From Candidatus Dormibacteria bacterium (lineage in GTDB: Bacteria > Chloroflexota > Dormibacteria > Aeolococcales > Aeolococcaceae): a DNA stretch of 64,000 nucleotides. A program made the translations under genes and the position numbers. The DNA lies in the NCBI GenBank assembly GCA_050010655.1, contig JBEKKP010000020.1, forward strand, positions 404 through 64,403. The letters run 5' to 3'. The notes beneath the pieces are model-generated. The model was not told the origin of the DNA and did no database searches. It was given only the letters and a program-made list of their open reading frames with translations. Below, piece by piece: positions 9,656 to 20,583 of this stretch. How positions within the stretch are numbered: position 1 is the first letter of the stretch; every line of letters starts with the position of its first letter.

Positions 9656-10813
9656 ATGGTGGCGATGGGACAAGCCGTGCGTATCGCCCGCGCCGTGATC
9701 GGATCCCCCTGGATGCGGGTCAGTGGAACGGTCGTCGGGCTGGTGATCCTCGCCCGGACGATCAACCTGCCCCAGGCTGTCGCAAGCCTTGCCCACGCCG
9801 ATCCCCTCTGGATTGCGGCCGCGCTCGGGCTGACCATGCTCGCCGTCGCCGCGAGCGTCGTGGAATGGGGCGTCCTGCTCCGCACCGCAAACGCGCCATC
9901 CGGCGCCGGTCCTGGCTCTCTGCTCAGCTGGCGCCGCCTGAGCTCCTCGTATCTCCAGAGCCTGTTCTTCACGCAGATGCTTCCCGCCGGTGTCGGCGGC
10001 GACGCCATGCGCACCGTCGAGATGGGTCGCCAGATCGGGCACGGTCGCGTCCTCGCCTCGCTCGCCGGCAGCCGGCTCGCCGGAATGCTCGGCATGACCT
10101 GCTGGGGGATCGCCGCCGCGATCCTGCTCCGGGCACTGCTCGGCACCTGGGTGGTGATCGTGATCGCCGGGCTGGCGATGGCCGTCGTGGTCATCTGGCT
10201 CGCAGCGCTCAGCGCCGACCGTATCGTGCCGCATCGCCTGCTGGCGCGCCTCTCCGGCGCCATGAGCCGCGGCGTGCGCTCGTTCAGCGACGCCTTTGCC
10301 GGATACCGCCAGCATCCGCACGCAGTGGCCCAGTCGCTGCTGGTCGGGGCAGCTGGATGGGGATTCAACCTGCTCGCCCTGAGCGTCGCCGCCCGCGCCA
10401 TCGGTGTCGACCTGAGCTGGACGGTCCTCGCGGTCTGCGTGCCGATCACCCTCCTGGTGGCGCTGGCGCCCTTCAGCATCAACGGCCTCGGGCTGCGCGA
10501 AGGTGTTCTGGTGGCCCTGCTCTCGCGCACGGGGGTCTCGATCGCCCACGCCGGCGCGATCTCGGTCCTGATCGACCTCCAGATGATTCCTTTCGCGGTG
10601 CTCGGGGCGGTGCTGTGGTCGCGTCACCGGCGTAGCAATCGCTCTCCGGCTGAGCTCGCGGTCGAGGTTGCGGCGGTCGAGAATGCCGCACTCGCGGAAT
10701 TGACGCCTGCTGCGCCTAGACTTCAGCGGCGTGACCCGTCAGTTCAGCGACTTCCTGGCGGCCCACGCGGCGCGGATCGCCGATTTGTGGGCGAGGCAGA
10801 TATCACCGGCTGA
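9656..10813 (+). CDS. Lysylphosphatidylglycerol synthase TM / flippase-like protein (UPF0104); start uncertain
   Basis: LPAGVGGDAMR, PFSINGLGLREG; many TM segments. Confidence 0.8.
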   Translation: MVAMGQAVRIARAVIGSPWMRVSGTVVGLVILARTINLPQAVASLAHADPLWIAAALGLTMLAVAASVVEWGVLLRTANAPSGAGPGSLLSWRRLSSSYLQSLFFTQMLPAGVGGDAMRTVEMGRQIGHGRVLASLAGSRLAGMLGMTCWGIAAAILLRALLGTWVVIVIAGLAMAVVVIWLAALSADRIVPHRLLARLSGAMSRGVRSFSDAFAGYRQHPHAVAQSLLVGAAGWGFNLLALSVAARAIGVDLSWTVLAVCVPITLLVALAPFSINGLGLREGVLVALLSRTGVSIAHAGAISVLIDLQMIPFAVLGAVLWSRHRRSNRSPAELAVEVAAVENAALAELTPAAPRLQRRDPSVQRLPGGPRGADRRFVGEADITG

Positions 10814-11842
10814 GACCGAGGAGCCTCCCGACCGCGCTCGGGGACCTCGCCAGTTCGTCAACGCGGTCCTGGTCGCGCTGACCGCGGATGACTTCCGGCC
10901 GCTGATCGCGTACCACCATCTCGACGCCGGCACCAACATCGAGCGCCGGCTCGAGAAGGCGCTCGCCAACCTCACGGCCCTTCGCCAGGTGACGGCCGAG
11001 GCCGTCCGGGACGAGCGCCTCGATGCCGAAGAGACCCTGGCGCTCGTGTCGACAACCGCCGACGACGTTGAAGCCGTTGGCCAGCGCCTCGCCGCCTCGT
11101 GCGTCGCGACGCTCGAGCACCGCCTCACGAGCGCGACCTCGGAGTCGTCGGCTCGCGGCACCTCGCTCTCGATCACCATGCACGAGCTGCGCCGGCCGCT
11201 GACCATCCTCAACAGCTACGGGCAATTGCTCAGTGCCGGGATGCTCGGCGCGCTTCCCGAGACCGCCATGGTGGCCATCGAAGGCATCACCGCGAGCACC
11301 GAGATGATGGTCCGGATGGTCAACGCTCTCGCCGAGCTCGCGCGCCTCGAGGATCCCGACGACCACCTCGCCCTCGAGGTCATGGATGCCGAAGAGGTGG
11401 TCGCGGAGGCGATCGAGCACGTGGCGATGGAGGCGAAGCTGCGCGAGTCGACGATCACGAGCGAGTGCGAGCACGGGCTCGCCATCAAGGGCGACCGGCG
11501 CCGCCTCATACTGGCGCTGACCAACCTGCTCGGCAACGCCGTCAAGCATGGGCCGATGGGAATCCCGATCGAAGTGATCGCGGCGCGCCAGGGCGATTCG
11601 GTGCGCTTCACCGTCCGCGACCACGGGACCGGATTCCCGGTCGCCGACACGGGCCACCTTTTCGACAAGTACTTCCGGTCGGTCGCCGAGCGGCACCGGA
11701 AAGTGCCGGGAAGCGGGCTCGGCCTCTATATCGTGCGAACGGTCGCGGAGCGGCATGGCGGGACCGTGGCCGCCCGGAGCATCCCTGGAAGCGGGGCTGA
11801 ATTCGACATGTCGATCCCAATGCATCTCGAGGAGGCGACCAA

Positions 11843-11846
<4 letters not shown>
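10731..11846 (+). CDS. Cytoplasmic sensor histidine kinase
   Basis: HELRRPLT H-box, NLLGNAVKH N-box, DHGTG, GSGLGLYIV; no TM segment. Confidence 0.9.
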
Positions 11847-13264
<1,418 letters not shown>

Positions 13265-13266
13265 GC

Positions 13267-14121
13267 GTGCCGACGCTCGCAGTCGTCGGGGCGGGCGCGA
13301 TGGGCGGCCAGATCGCGTACCAGGCCGCGCTCCACGGCTATGACACCCGGCTCATCAGCCGGAGCGACGACCGGCTCCGCTCGGCGAGCACCGCGTCATC
13401 GGCGCTGCTGCGGCGCCGCGTCGAGAAGGGAAAGCTCGACAGTGATGTCTGCGAGGCGGCACTGGCGCGGGTGACGCTGCATGCCGATTTCTCGGCCGTC
13501 GACGGAGTGGAGATCATCATCGAATCGGTCGCCGAGGACCGCGACGTGAAGGCCGACGTGTATGCGCAGATCTGCGCACACGCCGATGCTACCGCCATCA
13601 TTGGCACGAACTCGTCGACGCTGGCGTCGTCGCTCCTCGAGAGCTCGGTGACGCATCCCGAACGCTTTCTCAACATCCACTTCTTCAATCCCGCCCTGCT
13701 CATGGCGCTCGTCGAAGTGGTGCCGGGACCGCACACGGCAGAGGAAACGATCGTTCGCGCCATGGACTTTGCCCGCTCGATCGGCAAGACGCCCGTTCGG
13801 CTCGCCCGCGAGGAGTACGGCTTCATCGCCAACCGCGTGCTGTTCATCGCCATCCAGGAGGCGATGCGCCTCGTGCAGGACGGCTATATCTCCGTCGAGG
13901 ACTGCGACCTCGCGGTGCGCAACGCGCTCGGCTGGCCGATGGGTCCCTTCGCGCTCTCGGACCTGGTCGGGCTCGATGTCGTCGAGGCAATTCTCGACGA
14001 GGGGCTGCGTCAGACCGGCGATGCGCGCTGGGAACCGGTCCCGATGCTGCGCGACCTCGTCGCGAGCGGCAGGCTGGGCAACAAGACGGGCGGAGGCTTT
14101 CGCGCGCCAGGGTCAGGCTAG
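13267..14121 (+). CDS. 3-hydroxyacyl-CoA dehydrogenase family protein
   Basis: GAGAMG, IESVAE, TNSSTL, HFFNP, GFIANR, PMGPFALSDLVGLD. Confidence 0.92.
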   Translation: MPTLAVVGAGAMGGQIAYQAALHGYDTRLISRSDDRLRSASTASSALLRRRVEKGKLDSDVCEAALARVTLHADFSAVDGVEIIIESVAEDRDVKADVYAQICAHADATAIIGTNSSTLASSLLESSVTHPERFLNIHFFNPALLMALVEVVPGPHTAEETIVRAMDFARSIGKTPVRLAREEYGFIANRVLFIAIQEAMRLVQDGYISVEDCDLAVRNALGWPMGPFALSDLVGLDVVEAILDEGLRQTGDARWEPVPMLRDLVASGRLGNKTGGGFRAPGSG

Positions 14122-14973
14122 GCCGAGCGCCTCGAGCACGTCGGCGACGCCACCATCCTCCGGGAGCGCGCACGTGGCGTCCGCGACGGCGAGGACTTCC
14201 GGGCGAGATGACGCGACAGCCACGGCGTACCCCGCGCCGGTCAGCATCTCGATGTCGTTTGGCGCATCGCCGATTGCGACGGCGTCCGCGAGCGTGAGCC
14301 CGAGGCGCTCGCACACGATCTCGCAGGCAGCCCCCTTGCTGACGGCGGGGTCGAGGATCTCGACGAATTCGGGATTCGAGCGGGTGATCCGCGCACTTCC
14401 CGCGAGCGCTCGGGCCATCAGCGCAGTTGCGCGATCCACCTCCGCAGGGTCCTCGATGACGCAGGCGGCCTTGGTGGTGCCGTGTTCGAGCAGTGGCTCG
14501 AGGTTCGGCACGAGTCGGAACTGCACGCCACTGATGTGCGAGTACAACCGCGCCTCGGGCCGGTCGCGCTCGCAGAGCAACTCATCGTTCTGATACGCCT
14601 GGAAATGCCAGTCCTGCTCGCGCGCGATGTGCAGCGCGCGCGTCGCCGGAGCTGCGCGAAGGGGCTGCTCGAAAATGGTTCGAGCCGGTGAGCCGTCTGG
14701 ATGCGGCATCTCGCGGACCATCGCGCCCTGGTAGCAGATGAGCGGCTCGAGCACGCCAAGCTCCTCGGCCCAGAAGAGCGCCGAGCGGTACATGCGCCCG
14801 GTTGCGACCACGATCGGCATGCGCGCACCCGTGGCGCGCACGGCATCGCGAACCCGCGGAAGCAATTCCTGGCGGTAGTCGACGGTCGTGCCGTCGAGAT
14901 CGAGGATGACGGCTCGCGGCACGAACGTCCTCTCGGGCGGCCACGCGTCGCGGATATCGGCGATGACAGTCAT
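14113..14973 (-). CDS. Cof-type HAD-IIB hydrolase
   Basis: DLDGT, ATGR, SKGAA, IGDAPNDIEML. Confidence 0.9.
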   Translation of the reverse strand: MTVIADIRDAWPPERTFVPRAVILDLDGTTVDYRQELLPRVRDAVRATGARMPIVVATGRMYRSALFWAEELGVLEPLICYQGAMVREMPHPDGSPARTIFEQPLRAAPATRALHIAREQDWHFQAYQNDELLCERDRPEARLYSHISGVQFRLVPNLEPLLEHGTTKAACVIEDPAEVDRATALMARALAGSARITRSNPEFVEILDPAVSKGAACEIVCERLGLTLADAVAIGDAPNDIEMLTGAGYAVAVASSRPEVLAVADATCALPEDGGVADVLEALGLA

Positions 14974-15055
14974 CCGGCTGCGAGCGTGCTGGCGCGGTGG
15001 CGATGCATCAAACGATCTTACGCAGGCGTGATCGCGGCAATCCGGGGTAGACTGA

Positions 15056-15146
15056 CGTTGTCTTGCGTTCGTCTTCTCGCGCGCGGTTTGGTAGACCGCT
15101 CGCCGCAAGGCCTCGTCCCGTAGCTTCGGCGCCGGTAGATGAGGTC
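15056..15146 (+). promoter_or_regulatory. Structured 5' leader of the DEAD-box helicase gene
   Basis: TAGACT -10-like hexamer near 15047; hairpin 15079-15103; 15109-15117 pairs with 15138-15146 over GAGG; internal cUUCGg loop. Confidence 0.4.
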
Positions 15147-16313
15147 TTGAGTGCTGTCATCCCCGAACCGGTCAGCTTCAGCGAGCTCTCCTTGAGCGTC
15201 GCCATGCAAAACACGGTTGCCGAGCTTGGATACACCATGGCCACGCCGATCCAGGCCGGATCGCTGCCGTTCGCCCTCGCCGGACGCGATGTCATCGGCC
15301 AGGCGCAGACCGGAAGCGGCAAGACCGCAGCGTTCGGCATTCCGATCATCGAGCGGCTCGATCCTCGCGACGGACCGGTGCAGGCGCTGGTGCTCTGCCC
15401 GACACGTGAGCTCGCTGTTCAGGTGCATGAGGAGTTGGTGCGGCTCGGGAAGCGGCACGAGTTGCGCAGCGTCGCAATCTACGGCGGCGATTCGATCGGA
15501 CGGCAGATCGAGGAACTGCGCCAGGGTGCGCACATCGTCGTGGCCACACCCGGCCGGCTCGGCGATCACATTCAGCGGCGTTCGCTGACACTCGCCAACG
15601 TTCGCGTCTGCGTGCTCGACGAAGCCGACCGGATGCTCGACATGGGCTTCGCGCCGGACGTCGAGCGAATCCTCCGTCAGTGTCCCGCCCAGCGTCAGAC
15701 GCTGCTGTTCAGCGCCACGATGCCCGAGTGGGTGCGCAGGCTCGCGCTGCGTCACATGCACGATCCCGAGACTGTCGAGATCAGCACCCGTCCAGAGATT
15801 CCTTCTGAGGTCCGCCAGCTCTACGTGCAGACCACGTGGGCGGACAAGACCGACGCGATGGCGCAGATCCTCGATCAACCGGACGTCGTCATGGCGTTGA
15901 TCTTCGTCGAGACCAAGCGCACCGCCGATGTCCTTCAGGCGCAGCTCGGTGGGCGCGGCTACCAGGTCGGGCTGCTCCACGGTGACCTCACGCAACGCGA
16001 GCGGGATCGCGCCATGCAGCAATTCCGCGCATCACACATCAAGTACTTGATCGCGACCAACGTGGCCGCGCGCGGGCTTGATATCGACGACATCTCGCAT
16101 GTCATCAACTACGACGTACCGCTGACGCCCGACGAGTATCTGCATCGAGTGGGCAGGACGGGACGAGCCGGACGCGCAGGCGTTGCGGTGACGCTCATCA
16201 CACCAAGTGAGATCCTCAAGCTTCGCGATGTCGAGAAGCACGCGCGCACGCACATCGAGCGCGCAACGCTCGACGAGGATTTCCCAGCCGTCGTGGTCAG
16301 CGCTCAGGCCTGA
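15147..16313 (+). CDS. DEAD-box RNA helicase (start approximate, TTG)
   Basis: Q motif TPIQ, AQTGSGKT, PTRELA, TPGRL, DEAD, SAT, ARGLD, HRVGRTGR. Confidence 0.95.
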   Translation: MSAVIPEPVSFSELSLSVAMQNTVAELGYTMATPIQAGSLPFALAGRDVIGQAQTGSGKTAAFGIPIIERLDPRDGPVQALVLCPTRELAVQVHEELVRLGKRHELRSVAIYGGDSIGRQIEELRQGAHIVVATPGRLGDHIQRRSLTLANVRVCVLDEADRMLDMGFAPDVERILRQCPAQRQTLLFSATMPEWVRRLALRHMHDPETVEISTRPEIPSEVRQLYVQTTWADKTDAMAQILDQPDVVMALIFVETKRTADVLQAQLGGRGYQVGLLHGDLTQRERDRAMQQFRASHIKYLIATNVAARGLDIDDISHVINYDVPLTPDEYLHRVGRTGRAGRAGVAVTLITPSEILKLRDVEKHARTHIERATLDEDFPAVVVSAQA

Positions 16314-16328
16314 GCGCGTCGGACAGAC

Positions 16329-17108
16329 ATGCTGCCGGCAATCCACGACACGGGGACGGGCGAAGCAGTGCTGTTCCTGCATGCGCTCACCATGGACTCT
16401 TCGCAATGGGACCACCAGGTCGCTGCGCTGTCGGGTGACATGCGCTGCGTGCGTGTTGACCTCTGGGGCTGCGGTGCGTCACCGCCTCCTCCCGCCGGCG
16501 CTCCAAGCCTGGACACGTTCGCGGCCGCGGTGCTCGAGGCACTCGACTCTCGCGACATCAAACGCTTCGCCGTTGTCGGCCTTTCGATGGGGGGCTACCT
16601 CGCGTTCGCAATATGGCGGCTTGCGCCGGAACGGATTCGCGCGCTCGCGCTGTGCAACACACGCGCGGCGGCCGACGCCCCGGGACCTCGCGACGACCGT
16701 CTTGCCATGGCAGACCTGGTCGAGCGCGAGCAATCGGTCGAGCCGATCATCGAGCCGATGGTTGGTCGTCTGCTGAGCGCCGACGCCCAGGCGGAGGCGC
16801 ACATCGTCGACCCGGTTCGCGGCCGCATCCGGCGCTGCACGCCCGCGGGAATCGCGTTCGCGCAGCGAGCGATCGCGTCCCGGCCCGACAACACTCCGTT
16901 GCTCAGCTCCATCAATGTCCCGACACTCGTGGTCGCCGGGACTCAGGATGCGATCGTCGGCCCCCCAGAAGTTCGTGCCATTGCTGACACCATCCCCGGT
17001 GCCCGGTACGTCGAGCTCGACTGCGGGCACCTCAGCAACCTCGAGCTTCCACGCCCTGTCAACGAGCAGCTCGCGGCGTTGCTCACACCGGCGACAATGG
17101 CGTCATGA
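16329..17108 (+). CDS. Alpha/beta fold hydrolase (PcaD-like)
   Basis: GLSMGG nucleophile elbow, GTQD, GHLSNLE. Confidence 0.88.
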   Translation: MLPAIHDTGTGEAVLFLHALTMDSSQWDHQVAALSGDMRCVRVDLWGCGASPPPPAGAPSLDTFAAAVLEALDSRDIKRFAVVGLSMGGYLAFAIWRLAPERIRALALCNTRAAADAPGPRDDRLAMADLVEREQSVEPIIEPMVGRLLSADAQAEAHIVDPVRGRIRRCTPAGIAFAQRAIASRPDNTPLLSSINVPTLVVAGTQDAIVGPPEVRAIADTIPGARYVELDCGHLSNLELPRPVNEQLAALLTPATMAS

Positions 17109-17293
17109 GTCAGCTGCCGAAGGACCTGCTCGCGATCCTCGCCTGCCCGCGTTGCCGTGGACCGCTCGCTGTCGAACCGGAGTCGTTGCGCTGCGACGCG
17201 TGCCTGCTGCGTTACCGCGTGGACAACGGGATCCCGGTGATGCTGATTGACGAGGCCGAGCACGTCGAGGCCGGCTCGCCGCCCGTCAGTTAG
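17105..17293 (+). CDS. Trm112 / UPF0434 family protein
   Basis: LLAILACPRCRG...CDAC...YRVDNGIPVML. Confidence 0.9.
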   Translation: MSQLPKDLLAILACPRCRGPLAVEPESLRCDACLLRYRVDNGIPVMLIDEAEHVEAGSPPVS

Positions 17294-17299
17294 GCGAGA

Positions 17300-18490
17300 T
17301 CAGACGGCCGCGCCGACCGCCTCGGTCGCGACCGAAGCAGGCGCCGCGCAGAAACCCTCGTAGTCAATCGGTTCCGTGATGGTGGGATTCTCCCCACATA
17401 CCGGGCACTGCGGATCGCGCGGGACGCGGAACTCACGGAATTTCATTGCGAGTGCGTCGATGTGCAGGAGCCGTCCGGTGAGCAGGTCGCCCGCGCCGGT
17501 GATCAGCTTGATGACCTCGGTCGCCTGCAGCACACCAACGATTCCCGGCAGCACGCCGAGCACACCTGCCTCGGCGCAGGACGGCGCCTCCTCGGGCGGT
17601 GGCGGCGATGGATACCGGCAGCGGTAGCACGGCGACTGGAACGGCACCACCGTGGTGACCTGACCCTCGAAACGGAAGATACCGCCATCCACCATCGGCT
17701 TTTTGGCAAAGATGGCCACATCGTTGGCGAGGTATCGAGTCGGGAAGTTGTCGCAGCCGTTGACGATGATGTCGTACTGGTCGAAGATCTCGCGCGCGTT
17801 CTCGCCGCTCAGCACGACGTTGTGCTCGACGACGCGGACGTCGCTGTTGAGCGCGGTCAGCGCGACCTTTGCCGACGCGGTCTTGAGCATGCCAATGCGG
17901 TCCTCGGTGTGGAGGATCTGGCGCTGAAGGTTGCTCCGGTCGACGGTGTCGAAGTCGACAAAGCCGATCGTGCCGACGCCGGCTGCCGCGAGATACAGCG
18001 CAGCCGGGCTCCCGAGACCGCCCGCTCCGATGAGCAGTACCTTGGCGTCGAGCAGCTTGCCCTGACCCTCAGCGCCGATCTCGGGGATCAGCAGATGGCG
18101 GCTGTAGCGCTGCTGCTGCTGCGCCGTGAGCACCCGGGGAACGATGAAGTCGAAGCCCGCTTGCTTCCAGGCGCCGTAGCCGCCGGCCATCGACTGGACG
18201 TCGGTATAGCCGAGCTCTTGCAGCGCGCGTGCGGCGAGCAGCGAACGAACGCCGGCGGCGCAGTACAGCGTGATCGGCGTGTCGTGCCTGGGGACCGAGT
18301 CCTCGATGCGGGTTTCGATGAACCCCTTGCTGAGATGCGTCGCTCCGGGGATGTACCCCTCGTCGAACTCGTTGCGCTCGCGTACGTCAATGAGGGTGCG
18401 AGATCCTGCCGCGGCGCGAACCTGCTGCGGGGAAACCTCGATGACGGTGCGTCGCGCTTCGTCGAGGAGGTCGCGGGAAGACTTGGCCAT
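17300..18490 (-). CDS. moeB: MoeB/ThiF adenylyltransferase with N-terminal rhodanese domain
   Basis: Rhodanese DVRE...YCAAGVRS; RYSRH, GAGGLG, SNLQRQ, PCYRC, CPVC. Confidence 0.9.
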   Translation of the reverse strand: MAKSSRDLLDEARRTVIEVSPQQVRAAAGSRTLIDVRERNEFDEGYIPGATHLSKGFIETRIEDSVPRHDTPITLYCAAGVRSLLAARALQELGYTDVQSMAGGYGAWKQAGFDFIVPRVLTAQQQQRYSRHLLIPEIGAEGQGKLLDAKVLLIGAGGLGSPAALYLAAAGVGTIGFVDFDTVDRSNLQRQILHTEDRIGMLKTASAKVALTALNSDVRVVEHNVVLSGENAREIFDQYDIIVNGCDNFPTRYLANDVAIFAKKPMVDGGIFRFEGQVTTVVPFQSPCYRCRYPSPPPPEEAPSCAEAGVLGVLPGIVGVLQATEVIKLITGAGDLLTGRLLHIDALAMKFREFRVPRDPQCPVCGENPTITEPIDYEGFCAAPASVATEAVGAAV

Positions 18491-18545
18491 GCAGCCAGTC
18501 TACCCAAAACCTGTCGAAACCTGACCTAGCGGGTCTGGATTCGGT

Positions 18546-19028
18546 TCAGGACTTCGGCGGACGCCCTACGCGACGGCGTCCATTGGCCGGGCGCGGTGCC
18601 GATGCGGCGTCCGCGAGGGGACGCGTCCTCGGCCTTCCGACCGGTCGCTTCGCAGGTATTGCAGTTGGTGCCGTGGTTGCCTTGCGAGGCCTGCCGACGG
18701 GCCGCTTGGCGGGTGCCGGCGCTTCGGCGGACTTACGCGGCCTGCCGACTGCTCGCTTGGCCGGCGCAGGTGCGGTTGTGGCCTTGCGCGGCCTGCCAAC
18801 CGGTCGCTTTGCGGGAGCTGCCGGTGCGGTTGCGGCCTTGGGGGGCCGGCCCACGCGCTTGGCCGGAGCACTCGACGCTGCCGGAGCGGCGGGGGCCATC
18901 GCTGCGACGATGGTGCGTTCGGTCTCCTCGAGCCGGGCCGCGAGTGCAAGGACTCGACGGTGGGCGGCCCTCGTTGCCGCCAGTGCGTCCGCGAGCGAGT
19001 TGGTTCGTTTCTGCTTTTTTCCAGCCAT
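18546..19028 (-). CDS. Basic Ala/Pro-rich protein with six GRP (AT-hook-like) motifs; putative nucleoid protein
   Basis: Start MAGKKQKR at ATG 19028; repeated KRPVGRPRK units. Confidence 0.7.
   Translation of the reverse strand: MAGKKQKRTNSLADALAATRAAHRRVLALAARLEETERTIVAAMAPAAPAASSAPAKRVGRPPKAATAPAAPAKRPVGRPRKATTAPAPAKRAVGRPRKSAEAPAPAKRPVGRPRKATTAPTAIPAKRPVGRPRTRPLADAASAPRPANGRRRVGRPPKS
18560..18862 (-). repeat. Degenerate coding tandem repeat encoding PAKRPVGRPRK units
   Basis: Recurring ggcctgccgac...cgctt blocks at about 50-60 nt spacing. Confidence 0.7.
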
Positions 19029-19059
19029 GATCGGAGCGACCCTACCATAGACTGCGACG

Positions 19060-20583
19060 GTGCATCCGACGCGTACGGCGCGCCCACTTGCGGCTCTGCT
19101 CGCTGATTCCGGGATCGATGCGGCGCTCGGGCCTCCGGAACAGGCCATCGAGATCGCTGCGATCGCCTCTGACTCGCGGCTCGTGTCGTCCGGCGCGCTG
19201 TTCGTCGCGATACCGGGTCTTCGCGCCGATGGGGGTGCATTCGTCGCGGACGCAGTTCGTCGCGGAGCGACTGCCGTGGTCGCCGAGCGGCGCCCGGAGA
19301 CGCCGCTCGATGCCTCGATCCCGCTGATCCTGGTCGAGAACGCCCGGGTCGCCCTATCCGACCTGGCCGGCGCCTTCAACGATCACCCGAGCCGCGCTCT
19401 CTGTGTCGCGGGGATCACCGGAACGGACGGCAAGACCACGACGGCGACGCTGCTCTGGCATGCGTGGCGGGCTGCCGGAATCGACGCCGCTTCGCTGACC
19501 ACGGTCGATCGCCGAACTGGGAATGGGGTCGTCGCCAACCCGTCGCGGCAGACAACCCCCGAGGCGCCGGAACTGCAGTCCGAGCTCGCCCGAATCCGCG
19601 ACGCCGGATGCACACACGTGGCCCTCGAGACGTCGTCGCATGCGCTCGAGATGCATCGAGCCGACGGCGTCGCGTTCCGAGCCGCGGTATTCACGCGGAT
19701 CACCACCGAGCACCTCGAGCTGCATGGCAGTCGAGACCGCTACCTGGCCGCCAAGGCGCGGTTGCTCGAACGCGTGTCGTCGCGACCCGACGGCGTGGCA
19801 GTCCTCGATGCGGGCGACGAGTTCGGCTATCCGGTGCTCGCCCAGATCCCGGTGGCCAGGAGGATCACGTACACGGATGTCCCCGGCATTTCCGCGGACC
19901 TGCACGGGGATGACGTGGTCGCCGAAGCGGGAGGCGTGCACTTCTTGGCCCGGACACCGTGGGGTGAGGCCGAGATACGGCTCCATCTCTCGGGGAGCTT
20001 CAACGCCCGCAACGCGCTCGCCGCCCTGGCGACGGCCTGTGCCACCGGCGCCGAGTTCGGGGCAGCGGTCTCCGGGCTGGAAGCCGCCCTCCCGGTCACC
20101 GGCCGGATGGAGCCGATCGAGCTCGGCCAGCCGTTCGCGGTGGTGGTGGACTACGCCCACACCACGGAGGCGCTGGAGACGGTCCTCAAGGAGCTCCGCC
20201 TGACAACTGCCGGGAGGCTATGGGCGGTGTTCGGATCGGCCGGTGAACGTGATGTCGAGAAGCGCGCGGCGATGGGAGCCGTTGCGGCACGGCTCGCCGA
20301 CGTCAGCGTGGTGACCGATGAGGACCCCCGCGGCGAGGATCGCATGCTCATCCTCGAGCAGATCGCTGCCGGCGCGGCGTCCGCGGGCGGGGACCGCGGC
20401 ACGAATCTCTTCGTCATCCCCGACCGCACCGACGCGATCGGCTTCGCGGTGGCGCACGCCGAGCCGGGGGACACCGTCCTTTGTGCCGGCAAGGGTCACG
20501 AGAAGACGCTCGAGACCGCTGACCGTGAGATCCCGTGGAACGAGCGAGCGGTGGCGATCGCCGCGATCCAGTCTCGTCTCTAG
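19060..20583 (+). CDS. murE: UDP-N-acetylmuramoyl-dipeptide:diamino acid ligase MurE
   Basis: TGTDGKTTT, TTPEA, LETSSHAL, VVVDYAHT, DEDPR, LCAGKGHE. Confidence 0.93.
   Translation: MHPTRTARPLAALLADSGIDAALGPPEQAIEIAAIASDSRLVSSGALFVAIPGLRADGGAFVADAVRRGATAVVAERRPETPLDASIPLILVENARVALSDLAGAFNDHPSRALCVAGITGTDGKTTTATLLWHAWRAAGIDAASLTTVDRRTGNGVVANPSRQTTPEAPELQSELARIRDAGCTHVALETSSHALEMHRADGVAFRAAVFTRITTEHLELHGSRDRYLAAKARLLERVSSRPDGVAVLDAGDEFGYPVLAQIPVARRITYTDVPGISADLHGDDVVAEAGGVHFLARTPWGEAEIRLHLSGSFNARNALAALATACATGAEFGAAVSGLEAALPVTGRMEPIELGQPFAVVVDYAHTTEALETVLKELRLTTAGRLWAVFGSAGERDVEKRAAMGAVAARLADVSVVTDEDPRGEDRMLILEQIAAGAASAGGDRGTNLFVIPDRTDAIGFAVAHAEPGDTVLCAGKGHEKTLETADREIPWNERAVAIAAIQSRL

Noticed and set aside
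18560-18862. Repeats resembling a CRISPR array
   Set aside because: The repeats are degenerate at synonymous positions and in frame, so they are coding repeats; no cas genes are present
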